Shown: one piece after another, positions 38,826-51,411 of the stretch
Position numbering within the stretch: the stretch's first letter is position 1
Layout of the letters: each line of letters starts with the position of its first letter
Assembly (NCBI GenBank): GCA_026770705.1
Contig: JANJGN010000004.1
Location: forward strand, 117,986,001 to 118,050,000
Length of the DNA: 64,000 nt
From: Isurus oxyrinchus
Lineage: Eukaryota
Reading direction: 5' to 3'
Notes under the pieces: generated by a model
Told to the model about the DNA's origin: nothing
Databases searched by the model: none
What the model saw: the letters and a program-made list of their open reading frames with translations, nothing else
Translations under genes and position numbers: made by a program

Positions 38826-41410
38826 TAAGATACAGCCCTTGGCCTGCAGCAGTATGTGCTACCCACTCATTACAAAGGTCATGAGAGATTTCAGTGACCA
38901 CAGGGAGTCTAGGATTGACAGCTTTGCAGATACCTATGGTGTCTGAGGAAACAACATAAAATGTGGCCATAGTGTTTAATCCAAGAAAAGCAAACATTAT
39001 TGCAGGGCCACACCATCAATTTAGAAGAGCTTTTAAGAACATCTCACTGGATTCTAATGCTTATTTTGTGAAATAGGGTGCAGAAGAAATATTTTGAGGC
39101 TTCATTGCCCATTTGCTCAACAGGCTGTATACATGATTGTAACTGCATGTTTATCAACAGAATATCTGGCAATTCACACTCTCTTTAAATACTTATTGTA
39201 AAATGACAGTTACCACATTAGTGTATAAAGTGACCCATTGTCTTTCTGAATGTTATTAATCAAGCAGCTCAAAATGTTGCACTTGTGTCTTTGTTTCAAA
39301 AAGTAAAATTAGGGAGTTTTTGGCCATGTGAGAATTTCGAGGGATATTGCAAACTGTTAGATAACTGAGAAAATAATTACATTTCTAACTGCTCCAGAAA
39401 CCTTTTGATCCTTCTGCATCAAGAGTGTGAAATAGTATAGTGAATACTTTATGAAAATTCTGCCGACGCCGAACAAGAGACTTCAAAGTAACTAGGAACA
39501 TGTAACCCATGGTGAATTGTTACCAATGAAGATAAATGTCACATGATCCCCAGCAGTGTGGAGGGATTGACACAGCAGGCTCTGGCTCAGAAATGTTCTT
39601 AGTTGTGAAACAGTGCCAGAGTTAGCAGAGAGGAGACTAGGAGGGTGGCTCTAGTGAAAGCAAAAGGGAATAGTTTGACAGAAAGAAGAATGAACTGTCA
39701 GAGAAAATAAATCGCAAGCTGTGGTGTCTAACTGATGATCTGCCACTCGACATCCATGTACAGCAGCATGTGACTGACCCTGCAGTTGTGTCGCAGTAAA
39801 GTAGGGACTGGCTCATATTGCAGTTGGATTAAAAAGACACTGGTATCAGCTATTATTGCAATAGATGCATTTTAAAAAAATAAAAATAGCCTTTTTGAAT
39901 ATTTTTTGATTACTGTTCTTGCATTATCCAATAGGGATAATTTTAACTTTCGAGGGTTCTGTAAAACGGGCAAAATTGGATGGGCAGCCCACTGCAGCCC
40001 TCCCCACTGTTGCTATCCATTGGACTCAATGCCCCAAGCTACAACATACCATTGTCAGTTGTATTGGTTGGGTTTTGTCTTAGCTTCAGTGAAATATTTC
40101 CCAACTCCTGTGGAATCGCCAAGCAAACTTTTGGCAGCTGATGATAAAGTAATCGATACCACACTAAGGACGCACTCTGGACACAGCCCAATTGAAGTCC
40201 GGACAATTCTTATTTCTGTATATGTGATCTGTTTATCTTGCTATTGTGTACCACACCAGTTCTCCCCTTTGATATGCTGCATTGTCTAAGTGCCATTTTG
40301 GCAACTTAAGGCTCTATCTGCTTTTCTGCACGTGTGCAATCATCAGTGGATTGCAGCAAAACAGTACTAATGCATTGTTATTTGAGAGCTAAACAATAAC
40401 ATTTGAGGCCATTCTTGTTCCTGCAAGTTGACATCATCTCAACATAATCTGCCAGATTGCAAAACTGGTAGCAGTGAGATTAGTGAAACTCCTAAAAACA
40501 GCTCTCACCATGCAGTCTCCAAGCCTGTTCAAGGAGGAAGAGACATTAAAGAGCAAGGACTTTATGCTTGTAGTCTGAGCATTCATAATTGCCAAAACAA
40601 TTGGCTTTATGCTTTTGCCATGGAAAATTCTGCTGAAAATACCCTTGGGGTTTCCACACTCTTCATGGTTTGATTCCATGCTTAGGCACAACACGTGTAC
40701 AGGTTGTGGTGTTCTGCACCTTAGACAACATGTTCACAAGCACACTCTCCAATGGCCCCAGAGACTTTGATGTTCAGAAAGCATTGCTCTTTGAAAGTAG
40801 ATTGAGATCCCTCTCAGGTGAGCAATTTGGCTCTCCATTTAAAAAATTGCTTTTTCTCCTTTTCTGTTTGTGTTCTATCACCCACTCCACTCTTCTCAAT
40901 TTTGCCATTGAAATCCCCTCCGACTGAGGTACCTGTGTTACTATTGCACAGAAGTGGATCCTTGCTGGTCATGAGGTGGAAAGTTTTGAGTAGTGTACAA
41001 CTGGGTAGTGGGTAACTGTTCATGCCATGCGTAATTAATGTATTACAAAAATACGGGGTTAGAGCAGGATTTCCTACCTTGCCATCAGAAAATCAAGGTA
41101 CACTGTGCTTGCATGATATATAATTGACATTGCTGAAGTTTATATATTTATTACCTTGTATTCCTTTTTCATTTTGAACAAACGCATCATTGCTCCTTTA
41201 TACTGTGGCAGGTCATGCCTTTAAGGTAATCTTTTGGCCAGTATGACAAAAAGCCCAATAAGGAATATTACACATGATCGGGCTTGCTCATAAAATTCTA
41301 AATGTGATGAACCCTGAAAATAGTGTTCTGCATACTTGCTATCAGGGCTCGTGCTAAGGTTACACTTACCAATATACATTCAAATAGAAGGCAAACACCA
41401 AAGTTATTTA

Positions 41411-42038
41411 AAACAAACACAGAATTACCTGGAAAAACTCAGCAGGTCTGGCAGCATTGGCGGAGAAGAAAAGAGTTGACATTTCGAGTCCTCATGACCC
41501 TTTGACAGAACTAGGTGAATCCCAGTGAGGGTTGAAATATAAGCTTATATTTCAACCCTCCCTGGGATTCACCTAGTTCTGTCGAAGGGTCATGAGGACT
41601 CGAAACGTCAACTCTTTTCTTCTCCGCCGATGTTGCCAGACCTGCACCAGCTTATATTTCAACCCTCCCTGGGATTCACCTAGTTCTGTTGAAGGGTCAT
41701 GAGGACTCGAAACGCCAACTCTTTTCTTCTCCGCCGATGCTGCCAGACCTGCACCAGCTTATATTTCAACCCTCCCTGGGATTCACCTAGTTCTGTCGAA
41801 GGGTCATGAGGACTCGAAACGTCAACTCTTTTTTTTTCTCCGCCGCTGCTGCCAGACCTGCACCAGCTTATATTTCAACCCTCCCTGGGATTCACCTAGT
41901 TCTGTCAAAGGGTCATGAGGACTCGAAACGTCAACTCTTTGCTTCTCTGCCGATGCTGCCAGACCTGCTGAGTTTTTCCAGGTAATTCTGTTTTTGTTTT
42001 GTATTTCCAGCATCCGCAGTTTTTTGTTTTTTGTTTTT
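41411..42038. mobile_element. Non-autonomous Penelope-derived insertion: one inverted arm plus four tandem ~107-nt units, 14-bp TSD
   Basis: TSD ACCAAAGTTATTTA at 41397-41410 and 42039-42052. Palindrome centre AAGCTT at 41541-41546. Units start at 41542, 41649, 41756 and 41865. Confidence 0.92.
41575..41613 (+). ncRNA. Minimal type I hammerhead ribozyme-like motif, repeated in each tandem unit
   Basis: Stem I AGUU/AACU, core CUGUCGA(A), stem II GGGUC/GACUC, GAAA, palindromic stem III ACGU, GUC cleavage triplet. Activity is not demonstrated. Confidence 0.7.
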
Positions 42039-42269
42039 ACCAAAGTTATTTACATTGTTATAACAAACAATACAATCTAAGGGTGAATGGCTTCTGTCTA
42101 ATATATGTTATATCTCCCAAATTAAATGGTCCTGGTGGTGGCAGATAGTATTTTGTAATTAAGTTCTATCTGTGCCAATCAATCTCTTGTCCTGTTTCAA
42201 GTTAACTTTCCTGATAACTCTGCTTCTTTCCTGTCTATCACTGTCTATGTCTTCTTGTTAAGTTTTTGG

Positions 42270-42490
42270 GTCTTTTTAAGCTACCAAATTTAAAATTCTC
42301 CTAATCTCCAACATCCTGTAGCTTTGAAGCACAACAAGAATTCTGCGTTCCTCCAAATCTGGTCTCCTGTGCATCCGTCAATCCCTTCACTGCACTCTTG
42401 ACAGCTGTGCCCTTGGTGACCTAAGCTCCTTACTCTGGAGATCCCTCCTTAAATCCCCTTGTTTCTCTACCATCCTTTCCTCTGAGATCT
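42270..42490 (+). mobile_element. L2 LINE 3' fragment
   Basis: aaatttaaaattctc...ctgcgttcctccaaatctggtctcctgtgcatcc resembles 37555-37800. Confidence 0.6.
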
Positions 42491-42772
42491 AAGGTCATAA
42501 ATATCAGTTTGTTACAAATAAATCCAATCAGAATTCTGGAGAAACTTGTTTACCTAGAGAGTGGTGAGAATACGGAACTTGATACCGCAGGGAGTGGTTG
42601 AGGGGAATAGCACATATACATTTAAGTAGAAGCTAGATAAACATATGATGAAGAAAGGAATAGAAAGATTAGCTGATTAGGATTTTATGAAGCAAGGTGG
42701 GAGGAGGCTTGTGGGGAGCTGGAACACCATTTTCAACTTTTTAGGCTGGATAGTCTGTTTCTGTGCTATACC
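42490..42772 (+). mobile_element. CR1 LINE 3' end
   Basis: ggagaaacttgtttacctagagagtggtgagaat... followed by a 3' UTR ending ctgtttctgtgcta. Confidence 0.75.
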
Positions 42773-44140
42773 ACCTTGCCCTAAGTTATTGTGATTCTCA
42801 TATTTTTGATTCTTCTCGTTGGTGAATGCCAGCCTGCCATACCTTTGTGAAAGAGTTTTTCCTTCCCTTCAGATCGAGGCAAGCTGGGTAGCTGCTGGAA
42901 AACCTTGCCTGGCACATTGCTCTTAGTTACTAAATTTACCCAATGGCTCTGGTCATTGAAAGTAATAAAGTATCACCTTAAATCTTATTTTCAGTTTAAA
43001 TTAACAAAGAGCTATTTTTGGAAAAAATGAATAAGCATGTAAGTAATTGCATGTATTTATGGCAGCAAATATTTGTACCACAACACCAGGTACACTTTCT
43101 ACATGGAGGCAGTGTCAGAGTGTCAGTTGGCCATAATAGACTAGCAAAGTTCAAGTTACCCATTTTTAGGTCAATGCAGCACTTAACCAATTGCAAGATC
43201 TTGCATCTAATTTATCCATCACTTATCAACTGTCGCCTGTGTAAAACATGCTTCTGATAATTCAGAAAATAATGAAGAGATATATTTGGGAAATTTCAGT
43301 AAAATTTCAGAGATTCCCAACTTCCAATAAACTCCAAGACTGTGGAGAATTGATTGTAACATGTTGATAAAAAAAAATCAATGTTTAAAAAAAAATTGAA
43401 TAAAATATTTAAGAAAAAATTAATTGCTTCATGTAGGTTTCAAAACAATGACCCTGGAATTAATAGTCCCATTGAACTACCCAGGCTGTGTTGAAACTCT
43501 CTGCACAAAACCTTAGAATGCTGGGGGAAAATAGCGTTCAAAAATTTTAAATAACCCATTTATTTTGTTAATTTTCATGGTCTGATTTATTATGGATTGA
43601 GACAAGTTGATTGGTGTTCAGTGTGGGGGTTTAACCCCTCTGTAGATGCAGCCGCTTGTTTCTCTTTCAAAGCCTCTGGGTGTCTTTTTGGACCTAGAGC
43701 GGAATGGGTCTGAGGCATGAAGTATCTGTTCACTTTCAGTTCCTGATTTTAAACACTTTCAAAATCAAGGTAGTTGCCCAGGAGTTGGGCACAAATTTCA
43801 TCCTGCTGCCAACCGGAATGTCATCAGAAGCATTTGCACATGGCACCAGTGGCTGCAGTGTGGATTGAGTGAATGCACAATTGTCCCTGATCCCTTTCCA
43901 GTCAGCAGCAGGCGTTAACGTATATTTATAGTTACCAACATTCCACCTAACCCGAGTGGGCAAAATAATAAGTTTACAACTCTTAAGAGAGAGATAATTG
44001 ATTGGGATTCTGTTCCTTGACTTTCTTACCACAGTGGAAGCTTAATTAATCTACACTGATTTTTGGAAATTAAAACTGATTTTTCTCTCTCAGGAGTTTC
44101 AAATGATTTAACTTGAAACTGCTTCTGGGTTGGTAACTTA

Positions 44141-44775
44141 GGGCAGAATTTTGTTCGGCGTGCGGGTGCGGGCCAGACAGGCCCAAGCGTAATATTACAT
44201 CGGGTGTGCATCCGGACATCACGAACTCGCGCGATATTTCGTTAGGCAGGCGCGCACTGGAGTTGGCTGCGTGCCTGCCGATAATTGAAAGGCCTATTAA
44301 AACCATTAACAAGCTAATTAAAATCAAATTAGTGCTGCCCGTCCAGCCTTATGGTTGGCGGGCAGGCAAAAAAGCCAAGTGGCCTTTGCATTTTTTTAGG
44401 AAACCACATCCACAAACGGGGTGACGTTTCCTAAAGCAAATAAACATTAACTGAAATCTTGATTTTTGAATTAAAAACACGTCCCAGCTCATTTGACAGA
44501 GTCGCAGGAGGGGACATGTTTTTAAAAATTTTTTACTGTCTATAAAAAGTGCTTCAATCAAAGCGCTCTTTGCGTGCATGCACGAACTGCGTGCTAGGCC
44601 CGCTGTCCCTCCTTCTCTCGCCCACACAGGTAGCGTTGAGCACTGTAGCTCGCAATCCACGCAGGGCAGGCCTTATTTGCCCTGCCCGCATTAATTCGCG
44701 GTGTGGACCCGATCGCAAGTGGCGGTCGGCTTCCCGATCGTCCCAGCCCTGCCCGATGAGGGAAAAATTCTGGCC
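44141..44775. mobile_element. PIF/Harbinger-like MITE related to 26707-27335
   Basis: Terminal inverted repeats GGGCAGAATTTT / AAAATTCTGGCC with flanks TTA and TTC. Confidence 0.85.
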
Positions 44776-44826
44776 TTCATTGTGGATCTGAGTTTACTGC
44801 TTGTCGGTGAAAGTTTAAAATCTATC

Positions 44827-46685
44827 TTTTAATTCATTCATGGGATGTGGGCATCGCTGGGTGGGTCAGCATTTATTGCCAATCCCCAGTTGCACTTGAG
44901 AAGGTGGTGGTGAGCTGCTGCCTTGAACCGCTGCAGTCCATGTGGTGTAGGTACACCCACAGTGCTGTTAGGAAGGCAATTCCAGGATTTTGACTCAGTG
45001 ACAGTGAAGGAACGGCAATGTATTTCCAAGTCAGCATGATGTGTGGCTTGGAGGGGAACTTGCAGGTGGTGTTCCCATGCATTTGCTGCCCTTGTCCTTC
45101 TAGGTTGCTGAGGTTGTGGGTTTGCAAGGTGCTGTTGAAGGAGGTTTCGTGATCTTCTGCAGTGCATCTTATAGACCGTACACACTGCTGCCACTGTGTG
45201 TTGGTGGTGGAGGGAGTGAATGTTGAAGACGATGGATGGGGTGCCAATCAAGCGGGCTGCTTTGTCCTGGATGGTGTCGAGCTACTCCAGTGTTGTTGGA
45301 GCTGCACCCATCCAGGCAAGTAGAGAGTATTCCATCACACTCTTAACCTGTGCCTTGTAGATGGTGCACAAACCTTGGGGAGTCAGGAGGTGAGTTACTC
45401 GCCACACAATTCCCAGTCCCTGACCTGCTCTTGTAGCCACATTAATTATATGGCTGGTCCAGTTCAATTTCTGATCAGTGGTAACCCCCAGGATGTTGAT
45501 AGTGGAGAATGGTGCTAAATGTTGTGCAATCATTAGAGATCATCCCCACTTCTGACCTTATGATGGAAAGTCATTGATGAAGCAGCTGAAGATGTTTGGG
45601 CCTAGGACACTACCCTGATGACCTCCTGCAGCGATGTCCCAGGACCAAGCTGATTGACCTCCAACAACCACAACCATCTTCCTTTGTGCTAGGTAAGACT
45701 CCAACCAGTGGAGCATTTTCCCCCTGATTCCCATTGACTCTAGCTTTGATGTCAGGGCAGTCACTCTCATCTCATCACTGGAGTTCAGCTCTTTTGTCCA
45801 TATTTGGACAAAGGCTGTAATGAGGTCAGGAGCTGAGTGACCCTGGTGGAATCCAAATTGAGCATCAATGAGCAGGTTATTGCTAAGCAAGTGCCATTTG
45901 ATAACACTGTCAATGATACCTTTCATCACTTTACTGATGACTGAGAGTAGACTGATGGGGTGATAATTAGCTGGGTTGGATTTCTCCTTTTTGTGGACAG
46001 GACACATCTGGGCAATTTTCCAGTTGCCAGGTAGATGCCAGTGCTGTAGCTGTAATGGAACAGCTTGGCTAGGGGTGGAGCTGGTTCTGGAGCCAAAGTC
46101 TTCAGCACTATTGTCAGAATATTGTCAGGGCTCATTGCCTTTGTAGTATCCAGTGCCTTCATCTGTTTCTTGATATCACGTGGAGAAAATCGAATTGGCT
46201 GAAGACTGGCATCTGTGATGCTGGGGACCTCTGGAGGAGACGAGATTGAGCATCCACTCGGCACTTCTGGCTGAAGATGGTCGCTAATGCCTTGTCTTTT
46301 GCACTGATGTGCTGGGCTCCCTCCATCATTGAGGATGGGGATTCTTGTGGAGCCTGCTCCTCCAGTGAGTTATTTAATTGTCCACCACCATTCACAACTG
46401 GATGTGGCAGGGCTGCAGAGCTTAGATCGGAACCATTGGTTGTGGGATTGCTTAGCTCTGTCCTTCACGTGCTGCATCCGCTGTTTGGCCCACAAGTAGT
46501 CCTGCGTTGTAACTTCACTTGGTTCTCACCTCATTTTTAGGTATGCCTGGTGCTGCTTCTGGCATGCAGTCCTGCAATCTTCATTGAACCAAGGTTGATC
46601 CTCTGGCTTGATGGTAACGGTAGAGTGGGGGATATGCCAGGCCATGAGATTACAGATTGTGGTTGTATACAATTCTGCTGCTTAT
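44827..46685 (-). mobile_element. CR1-group LINE (family B), ~1.9 kb, internally deleted RT pseudogene
   Basis: NPANYHPISLLSVISKVM, QFGFHQGHSAPD, QGSVLGPNIFSCFINDF and IYKAQVKSVMEYS; 3' tail at ~44830. Confidence 0.92.
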
Positions 46686-46689
46686 GACC

Positions 46690-46772
46690 TACAGTTTGAA
46701 CCCCTGTGCCTTGAGCAATTAGCCTCTGGATTATTGGTCCAGTGACATTACTGCTATGCCACTGCTTCCCCT
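46690..46772 (-). mobile_element. tRNA-derived SINE head
   Basis: Minus strand reads gtggcatagcagtaatgtcactggacc...ggggttcaaac (A and B box-like); same family as 60958-61075. Confidence 0.55.
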
Positions 46773-47054
46773 TTTGATTTCAGCGGAACAGCTCTTTTTG
46801 TATCCTAAACAGAGTTACTGGGACCTACTGGATTTGGAACATCCAAATTGCTTATCAGATTTAACAACAAGCTGAACCAGTTACAGTGCATTGTTCAACC
46901 TCGATCTCTTCCCGTTTGTACCATACTTACTTTTGATATCTACAGTCCGTAGCATATTAAAGTTCCTCTTGCATGGTACTTTCAGACAAACTCTCTGGAA
47001 GCCCAGATACGCTAGACCAAATAATTTTCTCATCACTTTAACATGAGAGAATCT

Positions 47055-47770
47055 AACCATCACCCCTTGATGTTCAATGGCATTACCATCACTGAATCCC
47101 CCACTATCAACATCCTGGGGGGTTACCATTGACCAGAAACTGAACAGGACTAGCCATATAAATACTGTGGCTACAAGAGGAGGTCAGAGGCTAGGAAAAG
47201 TTTGACGAGTAACTCCTCACCTGACTCGCCTGTCCAGCATCTACAAGGCACAAGTCAGGAGTGTGATGGAATACTCCCCACTTGCCTGGATGAGTGAAGC
47301 TCCCACAACACTCAAGGAGCTTGACATCAGCCAGGAAAATGCAGCCCGCTTGATTGTCACCGCATCCACAAACATTCACTCCTTCCACCACTGACATACA
47401 GTAAGCAGCTGTCTCTACAAGTTGCACTGCAGGAATTTACCAAGGCTCCTTCGACAGCACCTTCCAAACCTATGACCGCTACCAACTAGAAGGACAAGGA
47501 CAGTAGATAGATGGGAGCACCACCACCTAGAAGTTCCCCTCCATGTCACTCACCATCCTGACTTGGAAATATATCACTGTTCCTTCACAATCGCTGGGTC
47601 AAAATCCTCGAACTCCCACCCTAACAGCACTATGGGTATATCCACACAACATGGACTTGCAGTGGCTCAAGAAGGCAGCTCACCAACACCTTCTCAAGGG
47701 CAAATAGGGATGGGCAATAAATGCTGGCCCAGCCAGTGACGTCCACATACCATGAATGAATAAAAAAAAT
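47055..47770 (+). mobile_element. CR1-group LINE (family B) 3' fragment
   Basis: Reverse-complement homologue of 44830-45505, ending catgaatgaataaaaaaaa. Confidence 0.92.
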
Positions 47771-47781
47771 ATATCTGCAGT

Positions 47782-49008
47782 ACATATGAACATACGAATT
47801 TGGAGTCTGAGTAGGCTACTCGGTCCTTCAAGCCTGCTCCGCCATTCAATAAGATCATTGTTGATCTGGCTGTAACCTGTCACCTATCCCCAGTAACGTT
47901 TCACCCCATTGCACTACCTGTGCTTTGAAAACATCCAAGACTCTTTTTCCACTGCCTTTGAGGAAAGGATTTCCAAAGATTCATGACCCACTGAGAGAAA
48001 AAAATTCTTATCTCTGTCTTAACTGGGTGACCCTTTATTTTTAAACAGTGACCCCTAGTTTTAAATTCCCCACAAGAGGAAGCATCCTTTCCACATCCAC
48101 CCCGTCAAGACCCCTCAGGATCTTAAAGGCTTTAATCAAGTTGCTTCTTTTCTAAACTCCAGTGGGTACAAGCCTAGCCTGTCCAACCTTTCCTCATAAG
48201 ACAACCTACCCATTCCATGTACTTAATAAACCTTCTCTGAACTGTTTCCAATGCATTTACATCCTTCCTTAAATAAGGAGACCAATACTGAATGCAGTAT
48301 TCTAAATATGGCCTCCCCAGTGTCCTGTACAACTGAAGCATAACCTCCCTAGTTTTGTATTCAATTCCCCTGAATAAAAAATAACATTCTATTAGCTTTC
48401 CTAATTACTTGCTGTACCTGATACTCGTCTTTTATAATTCATGCACTAGGACACTCAGACCCCTGTGCATCTCAGAGCTTTGCAATCTCTCACCATTTAG
48501 ATAGTATGCTTCTTTTTATCCTTCCTGCCAAATTGGGCAATTTCACACATTTTCCTGCATTATACTCCATTTGCCAGATCTTTGCCCACTTGCATAACCT
48601 CTCTGTCCCCATGTAGTTTCCTTATGTCCTCTTCACAGCTTACTTTCCTACCTATCTTTGTATCATCAGCAAGTTTAGCAATCATCCCTTCATTCAAGTC
48701 ATTTATATAAGTTGTAAAAAGCTGAGGCCGCAGCGCTGATCCCTGTGGCACACCATTCGTCGCATCCCGCCAACCAGAAAAAGATCCATTTATGCTAACT
48801 CTCTCTTCCTGTTAGCCAGCCAATCTTCTGTCTACACCTATATGTTACCCCCTACTCCATGAGCTTTTATTTTCGATAATAACCTTTGATGTGGCACTTT
48901 ATCAGATGCCTTCTAGGGATCTTAAGTACAGTACATCCACTGGTTCCCCTTTATCCACAGCACATGTAACTCCTTCAAAGAATTCCAATAAATCAGTTAA
49001 ACATTATT
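47782..49008 (-). mobile_element. CR1 LINE (family A), 3' 1.2 kb
   Basis: RT motif PQGSALRPQLFTTYINDL...KLADDTKIG (48560-48751) and a CR1 tail at 47782. Confidence 0.92.
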
Positions 49009-49169
49009 TTGGTCAAAAAATTCTACCCTTTCTAAAGGTATATTGGCTGTCATTTATCAGATTATTTTCATTTAGGTACTATTCCAGTTCTACTTTTAAT
49101 CATTCTTTCCATTAGTTTCCTAATTCTTTAGAGGGAACCATAGACTTATAGTTTTCCGTGAGTATAGGA

Positions 49170-49355
49170 ATGACACTGTCCCTGGGTCAAAATCCTGGAA
49201 CTCCCTCCCTAACGGCATTGTAGGTGTGCCTACACCACAGGGACTGCAGCGGTTCAAGAAAGCAGCTCACCATCACCTTAAGGGCAATTAGGGATGGACA
49301 ATAAATGCTGGCCTAGCCAACAAAGCCCACATCCCATGAAAGAATTTTAAAAAAA
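49170..49355 (+). mobile_element. CR1-group LINE (family B) short 3' end
   Basis: Collinear with 47590-47765. Confidence 0.9.
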
Positions 49356-51411
49356 CATTTGCCTGGTTTCAGTTTATTATTCATCAAATCTGTCAATTTC
49401 ACACATCATATTTTGTTGAGATATAATCCATTTTCTAAGGGAATTTCAGTTCCTTCAGCCGATTAAGAGTCTCTGCTTCAGAGTCCTGAAATAAACACCA
49501 ATTTTTTTTTGCTTTTCCTGTTGAAAAACCCTCCAACCCATTTAACATGTTTAGTATCTTCTGTTAATTTTCATTTTAAATCATGTGAATATCTCTGGGC
49601 TTAGATTTCCTCCTGGAATCGTCCTTTTATTTTATTAAAAGTATTGAAGGAATTTTTTAAAGTCTTTTTTAGTACAGTATATTCCTCTCCAATTCTCCCT
49701 TGATAACCCCATTTCTAATATAGACCTGCTTATTTATAGTTCTGTTGTGTCCTGTGGTTATCTATCTCTCTACATGCTTTGCAAGCTTCCTGTTTTAATT
49801 GTCCCATTCTAGCATTTCAGAGCTGTTTTTGTTCAGCCCTGACAAAAAGTTTATTCCTGATATCGAGACCCTGCATAATATTTTCAGAGGATGTCCATTT
49901 ATTCTAGAACAGTTTATCCTCAAGTCAATGTTGTTAAACTTTGCCCTTGTATCCCAGAACATTTTTGTGTTAAATTGTATGCTAAGATTTGTGCCTGCAC
50001 TTATTCCCAATCAGATTGAATGTTGAAGCTTAACAATTCAATTTCTTCCACTCCCCAAATAGTATCTAGCCACTTGGGGGGGAAAAAACAAATTTAGAAG
50101 ACGACCTGCTCTTCAGGAGAGGTTCGTGATGCAGTCAGGAGACAGTGTGAACAATGTTGACATATTCAGTCCCTTCTCCTGGAACATTTCTGATTTTGGT
50201 ATTGTTGAAGTTACCAATTGTTATCATCAGCCTTTTGTTCACACTTCAAGTTTTGTCATAAAATAACAAGTCATTCCATTTCTTTTGATCAAACTATCTA
50301 GGAAAACTTCATATTTTGTCTGGCTTTTTTCTTGCTACACATGTAGCTAGAGAATTTCGCACAATAGCTTTTCCAGTGGCACCGCCTTAACTTCCCATGT
50401 GTATATAAGACAACCCCCTCTTTTCCTTCTTCCTAAATACCCTGAATCAGATTGTCAGATACTTAAACATCACCCTAGATTAGTCATATCTCTGTGATTC
50501 ATGTTAAAACATAATTATCAGCCATGATCCATGCCTCTAGTTTTAAAGGCTCTGGCATTTATGTACATGAATCCAATTTTGGCTCTTGACCCTAACTCAA
50601 GTTATCCAAGTAACCTGATCCTCCTGATGATGCTATATTCTTGGCCTTGTCCTTATCAATTATAGTATCTTCTTTCTTATACATACAGGCCATACTCAGT
50701 CCTCCAGCAAAGGTCACCAGTTAGCTATCAGTAGTGGGAAACCTGAGAGATTTTTCCCTGCCTTCCTGCAGCGATGCCTAGATTAATGTTGAATGCCCCC
50801 AATGGCTGGTCTAACTGTGATTATCCAATTTGAAACAGACTGTAAATTGAACCCAAGGCTGTCTGACCTGTATGGCATTGGATCACACCATAGATTGCAT
50901 TTACTGAGAGTCCATCGTGGAGGTATGTATTGCCTCTACAAGACTTGAAGTTTTATATAGCTTTGATTGATTAATTCTGATCTCTGTTAGTTATCTTCGA
51001 CTGGCTAATACATAATTATTCAACTATTTTTTGACATCAGGCATTTTATGTCTGAACTTGGAGTTTTTGCCAATGATCAGAAATAAGTACATGCATGCAG
51101 CCAGCCCAGAAAAAGGAGCTTGGATGTCATTTTTTAAAAAGCTGTCTCCAATTACAAAGCAAGTAAATGCTTCAAACAATTTTACTTAGATATAAATATT
51201 GAGTGAATTACAAATATTGTTCGTTTGACCTGCATTGTGGAATGCTCATTTAAACATTAAGTTCTGTGGGTGGGCAATAGTAAGTAGGTGTGAAGAGTAG
51301 GCGTTACTTGGTGTTAATGAGGCAGTTAGCTGGCTGCCCTTTTTAAATTAGCCCAAGGTCATTGTTCAAAGTTAGAAATATTGTCTTGGGAAACAACACT
51401 GTTTTATCTTG

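Noticed and set aside
41411-42038. CRISPR-like array
   Set aside because: The units are near-identical along their whole length with no unique spacers, there are no cas genes, and the context is a vertebrate intron.
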